From NCBI GenBank assembly GCA_026390575.1, contig JAPLFR010000010.1, positions 10,146-74,145 on the forward strand: 64,000 bases of DNA, written 5' to 3'. Made by a program: the position numbers and the translations under genes. This document shows positions 57,272-64,000 of the stretch, piece after piece; positions within the stretch are counted from its first letter, which is position 1; each line of letters opens with the position of its first letter. This DNA comes from Ignavibacteriales bacterium (GTDB lineage Bacteria; Bacteroidota; Ignavibacteria; UBA10030). Under the pieces are notes generated by a model, which saw nothing but the letters and a program-made list of their open reading frames with translations, had not been told where the DNA came from and searched no databases.

Positions 57272-60200
57272 ATGGAGACTTCACTACAAAATTCCACCAC
57301 ACTGAAAATGAAAACTGGCAACCTTGTCAAAAGAAATCTCTCCGATCGCTTAAAGCGGTCGGAGAGTTTAAAGGGAACCTTGACAAGGTTTTCTTTACTC
57401 CTTCTTCTCTTTACCTTCTTTTCCCAGGTTGCACTCAGCCAAATAAATTGGCAACAAACGAATGGGCCATATGGAGGAATTGTTAGAGCTCTAGCTGTCA
57501 GCGGTTCAAATCTATTTGCCGGAACTGAGGGAGGTGGTGTATTTCTTTCTACTGATAACGGAACAAGCTGGAGTGCCGTAAATACGGGATTGACATCTAT
57601 GTATATTTATGATCTTGCTATCAGTGGGATGAATCTTTTTGCTGCGACTGACGGCGGTGTTTTTCTTTCTACCAACAATGGTACAAACTGGAATTATTAC
57701 AATACAGGATTGCCGAATACTTTAGTTTTTTCTTTTGCTATTAGCGGGACGAATATCTTTGCTGGAACTTTGAATGGGGTGTTTCTTTCTACAAATAACG
57801 GATTAATCTGGAGCGAAGTTAATAACGGATTAACAGATAAGTATGTTAATGATATTGTCATCACCGGTACAAATATTTTTGCTGGGACTAATAATGGTGG
57901 CATTTTTCTTTCAACAAATAATGGGGCAAGCTGGACTGCAGTGAATTCAGGATTATCAATCTTACCAGGTACAGGGGTTTATGCTCTTGTTGCAAGTGGT
58001 TCAAATATTTTTGCAGGAACCTGGTCTGGTGTATTTCTATCTACTAACAATGGTGCAAGCTGGAGTGCGGTTAATACCGGATTAACTTCTACAATAATCA
58101 AAGCTCTTGCCATGAGTGGTACTAATCTATTTGCAGGAACTACTGAAGGCGGAGTATTTCTTTCCACAAACAACGGTGCAACATGGAGTACTGCTAGTAG
58201 TGGAATGTCGAATACTACTGTCATTTGTCTTGCTGTCAATCCTGCTTCCGGTGGGAGTTTATTTGCCGGAACATTAGGAAGTGGAGTGTTCCTTTCGACT
58301 AATAATGGTGGAACCTGGAATGCCATAAATGGTGGTTTGAATGCCTATAAGGTTACTGCTCTTTTAGTTAAACCTGCCGAAAACGGCGTAGGGAATCCTT
58401 ATCTCTTTGCAGGAACTGAATATGGTGGTGTATTTTTATCTACCGATAAAGGATCAAATTGGACTGAGGTTAATTCTGGATTATCTGGTCTAGCAAATAG
58501 TCAGATTTTATCTCTTGCAATTAGCGGCGAGTATATTTTAGCTGGGACAAGTGGTGGCCTGTTTTTATCAACAAACAATGGCTCAAATTGGATAGCTATA
58601 AAATCAGGAATACCTGGCATACCCATTAATACTCTTTATGCGAATGGTGCAAATGTCTTTGCCGGAACAGGTGCCAATGGTGCATTTCGTTCAACCAATA
58701 ACGGTTTGAGCTGGAGTGCGATTAATATAGGAACTTCAAATTTGCTGGTTTACGATTTTATTGTTAGTGGGACGAATCTATTTGCTGGAACTTGGGAAGG
58801 GATATTTATTTCTACGGATAATGGTACAAGTTGGAGTGGGGCCAATTCTGGACTAACAAATACTCAAGTTAGATGTTTTGCTACTATCGGTACAAATCTA
58901 TTTGCTGGTACTAATGCAGGCGGTGTATTTCTTTCAACCAACAACGGTTTAAACTGGAATGCTACCGGTTCTGCATTAAACGCAATTCCCATTGAATCTC
59001 TTTTTGCTGATGGAACGAATCTCTTTGCAGGAACTGTAAGTTCAGGGATTTATCTATCTTCAAACAATGGTTCAAGCTGGGCTGCGGTTAATACTGGAAT
59101 GGCAAGTAAATTAATTCTTGCTTTTGCAACTATTGAACATGGTCTTTATGCTGGAACTGTTAATGGTTTATTTGTTTCTGCCTTGCCTGGGCCATATCCT
59201 CTCACCATCACATCCTTCACTCCAACCTCCGGTCCCATTGGTACAACAGTAACTATCACAGGCACAAACTTTAATACAACAGCCTCGAATAATATTGTTT
59301 ATTTTGGTGCGGTGAAAGCGACGGTGACAGCAGCCACTTCGACTTCGCTCAGTGTAATAGTACCAACAGGTGCAACGTACGCACCAATCACCGTAACAGA
59401 TACGACAACACATTTGCTGGTAGTGTCACGCATACCGTTCACGCCGACATTTACAGGGTCTCCAACGATCGATGCGAACTCATTTGCCGCAAAGGTGGAT
59501 TTTGCCACAGGGGCAAATCCGCACCATGTCTCTGTTAGTGATGTGGATGGAGATGGGAAACCCGATATCATCCTTACCAATTATGATGGTAACACGATAT
59601 CGGTGCTGCGCAATACGAGCACATCCGGCACGGTCTCCTTTGCAGCAAAAGTGGATTACGCGACAGGGATAAGTCCGTATGAAGTATCTATCGGGGATGT
59701 GGATGGAGACGGAAAACCCGATATTATCGTCACAAATTGGGCCAGCAATACCGTATCGGTACTGCGTAATACGTGCACAAGCGGCACTATCTCCTTTGCA
59801 GCAAAAGTGGATTTTGCCACGGGCTCCGCACCCCGGGGAGTATCTATCGGGGATGTGGATAAAGACGGAAAACTCGATATCATCGCGACAAATTGGTCCG
59901 GGAATACCGTATCGGTTCTGCGCAATACATGCACCAGCGGTACCGTCTCTTTTGCGACCAAAGTGGACTTTGCCACAGGGGCAGCTCCTCTGGGTGTATC
60001 CATGGGGGATGTGGATGGAGACGGGAATCCGGACATCGTGATCGCAAATGGTAGCAGTAATACAGTATCCGTACTGCGCAATTCAAGCACAAACGGCGCG
60101 GTTTCCTTTGCCGCAAAAGTGGATTTTGCCACAGTAACAAATCCGTATGGAATTTCCATCGGGGATGTGGATGGAGATGGAAACCCGGATATCGTGGTTG

Positions 60201-63200
60201 CAAATTGGACCGTTGCTTCAGTATCGGTCTTGCGCAATACAAGCACAACCGGTTCTATATCCTTTGCGACAAAAGTGGATTTTGCTATAGGGGCAGGTTC
60301 GTATGGAGTATCCATCGGTGATATGAATGGAGACGGAAACCCTGATATCGTGGTGACCAATAATACCAGTGCTACCGTATCGGTGCTGCGAAATACAAGC
60401 ACCACCGGTGCAGTTTCCTTTGCCGCAAAATCGGATTATACCACAGGGTCAGGTGTGTTAGGCGTATCTACCTGCGATATGGATGGAGACGGAAAACCTG
60501 ATATTGTGGCTGCCAATGGCATCAACAATACCGTATCAGTCCTCCGTAATACTGTCGGCCGTTCGGATGGTCTTGTTGCTTGGTATCCATTTAATGGTAA
60601 TGCAAACGATGAGAGTGGAAACGGAAACAATGGGACAGTGAATGGAGCGACACTCACAACGGATAGATTGGGAAATTTAAACAATGCTTACTCCTTAAAT
60701 GGTTCAGGAGATTGGATAGACATAGGGAATACTACTCTCTGTGGAAATTCACATCAACTTACTTTGTCATGTTGGGCAAAATCTCCAAGTCTCGCCTCTG
60801 TTGGTGCTGCGCTCATTCAAAGGGCTGATGATCGATATTTAGGTGGCACTGCGACACGTGTATTCAGATTAGAGGTTACACCAACAGGACAGATTGGATT
60901 TGGTGTAAATAATATTCCACCTTCAAATGGCGTTGGAGTTCTTTCACAAGCTGGTTCATTTCAGTATGACAATTATTGGCGACATATTGTTGCTACATAT
61001 GATGATGTTCAAGGTTGCAAAATTTATCTAAATGGGATCAAGATTGTTGACACAATTCTTACGTTCGGAACTGTATCAAATCTGTCTATTCGCACAGCAA
61101 TTGGGATAAAATATAATAGCATTCCCTCTCAATGGTTCAAAGGTGTGCTAGATGACATCCGCATTTACAACCGCGCGTTGAGTGAAACGGAAATTAATTC
61201 GCTTTATCATGAAGGTGGATGGACAAGCAACACCGCTCCCGCTATTCCTCAAAACCTCACCGCTATCGCCGGCAACGGCCAGGTTACACTCAAATGGAGC
61301 AAGAACACAGAGAGCGACTTCCTGAGATATCGCATTTATCGAGGTACCTCGTCTGGTCCGACAATTGTGTCGGACTCTACAACAGCGGGCATCTCAGATA
61401 CCTCAAAGGTCATAACCGGATTGACGAATGGAACGATGTATTATTTCCGCATCACGGCTGTGGATAGTGCAAGGTTGGAGAGTGCGTACAGCAACGAAGT
61501 AAATACAACGCCATCAGTGCTCAACGCACAACGAGAATATAATCCCGATGCTAACACAGTTCTCTTAATGCACATGGATGAAGCTGCAGGGAGTAGTGTG
61601 TCCGATGCAAGCAGTTTTGGTAACAACGGAACAGCAAGTGCAGGTGCAAAGATCACTGAATCCGGCCGCTTCGGAGGAGCACGCTCTTTCGATGGTTCTC
61701 AAAATGCCCAGATAGAAATCATGAATTTTAAAAACCTGACATTCGGTACACAGGATTTTACAGCTGAAGTGTGGATTAATACCACATCAACCAATTTTTC
61801 ACAACCTTATATTGAACATGGATGGGGTCCAGTAAAATATTGGCGGCTTGGAATTGCAGATGGATTTCCTATTTTCACTATGAGCAATAGCGGGAATGGT
61901 ATTTCATTAAGCAGTTTCGTAAAACTTAATGATGGCCGCTGGCATCATCTGGCGGTGGTGAAAAAAGAAGGTGTCGCATACCTGTATGCAGATGGAATGC
62001 TGCAAGCTCAAAATGATATTTCTTCATTTGGTAATATAGATTCTCTTGGCGGATCATTCTTAATAGGCGAAAGTGCATTCTCGGTAAACACTATCCTGGA
62101 TGAAGTAAGAATCTCGAAAATTGCCCGCTCACCGAAGGAGTTTGATATTCAGCTCCCGCCGGTCAATCTCGCTATAACAGTTAATGGAACAACTGCCAGC
62201 CTGAATTGGCAAAATGGCGGCGGTGCGCTACCACTCATGCGGTACAAAATTTATCGCGGGGCTGACTCTACAAATGTAGCACTTGTCGATTCGACGACTT
62301 CTACATCTCGTACTCAGTCCGGTCTGGTGACCGGACTCTACTATTATCGCGTGAGCGCAGTGGACTCGACAGGATTTGAAGGAGCGAAGAGTTTTGCCGT
62401 GAAGGCGACAATAAGTGGAGCATCATCGCCACCAATCATTATCGGATACTCTCCGGGGTGTAATAGGATTGATGTTTTAAAGAATGCAACCATCGCTGTC
62501 ACATTTGATAAAGATATTGATCAGGCTACGATTTCCTCATCCTCAATTTGTATCAATGGAACACAAAGTGGTAAGCATATATTTACTCAGAATTATAATA
62601 GCTCGACAAAAACCCTTACCCTTTATCCGGACGTACAATTCAGAGTGGGCGAAATCATTACGGTAACGGCGACACGTAGAATTAAAAATCTATCAGGTGA
62701 TTCATTTGCTCATGCATTGACATGGAGCTTTACGATAAAAACAAATACAGCCAGTGGAATATTTACCCAGACTTCTACACCAGGAGTAGGGAATGATCCA
62801 CAATCGGTCGTTGCAGGAGATTTTGATAGGGATGGAGATATCGATCTTGCGGTTGCGAATAATACTTCTAACACAGTTTCTATCCTCTTGAACAATGGTA
62901 GCGGAACGTTCATACAGAGTTCCACACCGGCAGTCGGATACACTCCGAACTCAATCACAGCGGGAGATTTTGATGGAGATGGAGATCTCGATCTTGCGGT
63001 TGTGAATAATGTTTCCGGTACAATTTCAATTCTGTTAAATAATGGCAGTGGAATCTTTACAAAAAGTTCTACGGTGAGTGTGGGAAGTGATCCGAAATCA
63101 GTCACCGCAGGAGATTTTGATGGAGATGGAGATATCGATCTTGCAGTGGCGAATTACTCTTCCAATTCAGTCTCGATCCTTTTGAACAATGGCAGTGGAA

Positions 63201-64000
63201 TATTCACACAAACATCTACACCGGCAGTAGGTAATAATCCACAATCAGTCACTGCAGGAGATTTTGATGGAGATGGAGATATCGATCTTGCGGTGGCGAA
63301 TAGTAACTCCAATACAGTTTCAATCCTATTGAACAATGGCAGCGGAACATTCACACAAAGTTCCACGACGGGTGTGGGACCCGTTCCCTGGTCAATCACT
63401 TCAGGAGATTTTAACGGAGATGGATATCTCGATCTGGCAGTAACGAATGATGGTAACCCTAATACTGTTTCGATCCTCTTGAATAATGGCAGCGGAACCT
63501 TTATACTGAGTTCCTCGCTGAGTGTGGGCGGAACTCCGCGTTCAATTACTGCAAGTGATCTTGACGGAGATGGAGATATCGATCTTGCAGTAGCTTGTAA
63601 TTATGGTTCGAATATAGCTGCAATATTTATTAACAATGGCAGCGGAACATTCACACAGAGCTTCAGGCCGGGAGTGGGGGGAAGTACACCCTGTTCAATT
63701 ACTGCAGTAGATTTTGATGGAAATGGAACTATCGATCTTGCATCGGTGAATAGTATTTCAAATACAGTAATAATTTTGTCAAATGGCTCTATAACACCGA
63801 CGACATTGCTTGGTGAGTACGCTACCGATGCCAACACAGTTCTCCTCATGCACATGGATGAAGCGGCAGGGAGCACTGTTTACGATGCGAGCACCAATGC
63901 AAACAACGGGATGGCAACGGGAACATCGGTAGTCGAGGGAAGATTTGGGAAGGCACGGTATTTTGACGGCGGAGCAAATTATATTGATGTGCCCAATAGT
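57272..64000 (+). CDS. Giant modular surface protein, 3' end outside the window (at least 2243 aa)
   Basis: The frame is open from the ATG at 57272 (alternative 57308) to the window end, confirmed by hand at spot-checked junctions. It is absent from the ORF track because no stop falls in the window. Domain order is signal peptide, 13 BNR/Asp-box-like repeats, IPT/TIG, 7 FG-GAP, LamG, FN3, LamG, FN3, Ig-like, 7 FG-GAP, then the start of a third LamG. Confidence 0.85.
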   Translation, partial: METSLQNSTTLKMKTGNLVKRNLSDRLKRSESLKGTLTRFSLLLLLFTFFSQVALSQINWQQTNGPYGGIVRALAVSGSNLFAGTEGGGVFLSTDNGTSWSAVNTGLTSMYIYDLAISGMNLFAATDGGVFLSTNNGTNWNYYNTGLPNTLVFSFAISGTNIFAGTLNGVFLSTNNGLIWSEVNNGLTDKYVNDIVITGTNIFAGTNNGGIFLSTNNGASWTAVNSGLSILPGTGVYALVASGSNIFAGTWSGVFLSTNNGASWSAVNTGLTSTIIKALAMSGTNLFAGTTEGGVFLSTNNGATWSTASSGMSNTTVICLAVNPASGGSLFAGTLGSGVFLSTNNGGTWNAINGGLNAYKVTALLVKPAENGVGNPYLFAGTEYGGVFLSTDKGSNWTEVNSGLSGLANSQILSLAISGEYILAGTSGGLFLSTNNGSNWIAIKSGIPGIPINTLYANGANVFAGTGANGAFRSTNNGLSWSAINIGTSNLLVYDFIVSGTNLFAGTWEGIFISTDNGTSWSGANSGLTNTQVRCFATIGTNLFAGTNAGGVFLSTNNGLNWNATGSALNAIPIESLFADGTNLFAGTVSSGIYLSSNNGSSWAAVNTGMASKLILAFATIEHGLYAGTVNGLFVSALPGPYPLTITSFTPTSGPIGTTVTITGTNFNTTASNNIVYFGAVKATVTAATSTSLSVIVPTGATYAPITVTDTTTHLLVVSRIPFTPTFTGSPTIDANSFAAKVDFATGANPHHVSVSDVDGDGKPDIILTNYDGNTISVLRNTSTSGTVSFAAKVDYATGISPYEVSIGDVDGDGKPDIIVTNWASNTVSVLRNTCTSGTISFAAKVDFATGSAPRGVSIGDVDKDGKLDIIATNWSGNTVSVLRNTCTSGTVSFATKVDFATGAAPLGVSMGDVDGDGNPDIVIANGSSNTVSVLRNSSTNGAVSFAAKVDFATVTNPYGISIGDVDGDGNPDIVVANWTVASVSVLRNTSTTGSISFATKVDFAIGAGSYGVSIGDMNGDGNPDIVVTNNTSATVSVLRNTSTTGAVSFAAKSDYTTGSGVLGVSTCDMDGDGKPDIVAANGINNTVSVLRNTVGRSDGLVAWYPFNGNANDESGNGNNGTVNGATLTTDRLGNLNNAYSLNGSGDWIDIGNTTLCGNSHQLTLSCWAKSPSLASVGAALIQRADDRYLGGTATRVFRLEVTPTGQIGFGVNNIPPSNGVGVLSQAGSFQYDNYWRHIVATYDDVQGCKIYLNGIKIVDTILTFGTVSNLSIRTAIGIKYNSIPSQWFKGVLDDIRIYNRALSETEINSLYHEGGWTSNTAPAIPQNLTAIAGNGQVTLKWSKNTESDFLRYRIYRGTSSGPTIVSDSTTAGISDTSKVITGLTNGTMYYFRITAVDSARLESAYSNEVNTTPSVLNAQREYNPDANTVLLMHMDEAAGSSVSDASSFGNNGTASAGAKITESGRFGGARSFDGSQNAQIEIMNFKNLTFGTQDFTAEVWINTTSTNFSQPYIEHGWGPVKYWRLGIADGFPIFTMSNSGNGISLSSFVKLNDGRWHHLAVVKKEGVAYLYADGMLQAQNDISSFGNIDSLGGSFLIGESAFSVNTILDEVRISKIARSPKEFDIQLPPVNLAITVNGTTASLNWQNGGGALPLMRYKIYRGADSTNVALVDSTTSTSRTQSGLVTGLYYYRVSAVDSTGFEGAKSFAVKATISGASSPPIIIGYSPGCNRIDVLKNATIAVTFDKDIDQATISSSSICINGTQSGKHIFTQNYNSSTKTLTLYPDVQFRVGEIITVTATRRIKNLSGDSFAHALTWSFTIKTNTASGIFTQTSTPGVGNDPQSVVAGDFDRDGDIDLAVANNTSNTVSILLNNGSGTFIQSSTPAVGYTPNSITAGDFDGDGDLDLAVVNNVSGTISILLNNGSGIFTKSSTVSVGSDPKSVTAGDFDGDGDIDLAVANYSSNSVSILLNNGSGIFTQTSTPAVGNNPQSVTAGDFDGDGDIDLAVANSNSNTVSILLNNGSGTFTQSSTTGVGPVPWSITSGDFNGDGYLDLAVTNDGNPNTVSILLNNGSGTFILSSSLSVGGTPRSITASDLDGDGDIDLAVACNYGSNIAAIFINNGSGTFTQSFRPGVGGSTPCSITAVDFDGNGTIDLASVNSISNTVIILSNGSITPTTLLGEYATDANTVLLMHMDEAAGSTVYDASTNANNGMATGTSVVEGRFGKARYFDGGANYIDVPNS
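57456..59180 (+). repeat. 13 tandem ~41-43-aa BNR/Asp-box-like repeats (coding)
   Basis: Recurring unit LFAGT..GGVFLSTNNG.SW.AVN.GL, with S-T-(D/N)-N-G-x-x-W in every unit. Confidence 0.8.
59456..60565 (+). repeat. Seven tandem ~53-aa FG-GAP/VCBS-like repeats (coding)
   Basis: Recurring unit FAAKVDFATG..P..VS.GDVDGDGKPDI.V.N...NTVSVLRNTST.G.VS. Confidence 0.8.
62740..63790 (+). repeat. Seven tandem ~49-aa FG-GAP-like repeats, second block (coding)
   Basis: Recurring unit G..P.S.TAGDFDGDGDIDLAVAN..SNTVSILLNNGSGTF, with long stretches of nucleotide identity between units. Confidence 0.8.

Noticed and set aside
57190-57486. 98-aa ORF (+) at the 5' end of the giant gene
   Set aside because: It lies in a different frame, overlapping the signal-peptide region of the far longer open frame that starts at 57272. 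It has no motifs.
59656-60405. 249-aa ORF (-), plus other minus-strand ORFs at 57697..57903, 57979..58326, 59299..59580, 62710..63105, 63154..63399 and 63601..63876
   Set aside because: These are antisense shadows of the repetitive giant + strand ORF. Their repeats mirror the FG-GAP/BNR units, and the + frame carries recognisable domain motifs.

Overview
This 64-kb chromosomal window looks like an Ignavibacteria/FCB-group bacterium. That placement is inference only, from a T9SS C-terminal sorting domain, a GH57+GH13 glucan pair and many GAF-SpoIIE phosphatases. Most of the window is housekeeping: hemL-hemB, gltA, a GH57/GH13 pair, LPS-core genes, leuS, nadK, pyrR-pyrB-pyrC behind a PyrR attenuator leader, a 1299-aa sensor kinase, pgeF, glmS, an acyl-CoA dehydrogenase and six tRNA genes (Arg-ACG, Asp-GUC, Arg-CCG, Ala-GGC, Val-CAC, Phe-GAA). 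There are five accessory or unusual parts. (1) An AT-rich islet at 19.6-21.8 kb, next to tRNA-Arg(CCG), reads as a complete retron-type cassette: consensus promoter, a ~173-nt msr/msd-like ncRNA (18-bp a2/a1 pairing with two G-U wobbles, G after a2, 17-bp perfect hairpin), a 301-aa nucleoside-deoxyribosyltransferase-like plus wHTH-like effector, and a 314-aa reverse transcriptase with NAxxH/YADD/VTG motifs. This is my top candidate for an uncharacterised defence system. (2) A type II restriction-modification pair lies next to tRNA-Arg(ACG); its SPPY methyltransferase carries a degenerate staphylococcal-nuclease-like C-terminal domain. (3) Several intergenic repeat families are present: a ~110-130-bp MITE-like element in three copies, TCCCGC/GCGGGA hairpins, a 47-bp tRNA-flanking repeat, and partial tRNA-end duplications. 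(4) A partner-switching module (SpoIIE phosphatase, STAS, kinase, SpoIIE phosphatase) has no sigma factor nearby. (5) A cluster of four unassignable membrane-protein genes, a 68-aa 4x CxxCxGxG zinc-finger microprotein, and a surface protein of at least 2243 aa that runs off the window. No CRISPR array, integrase or transposase gene was seen.
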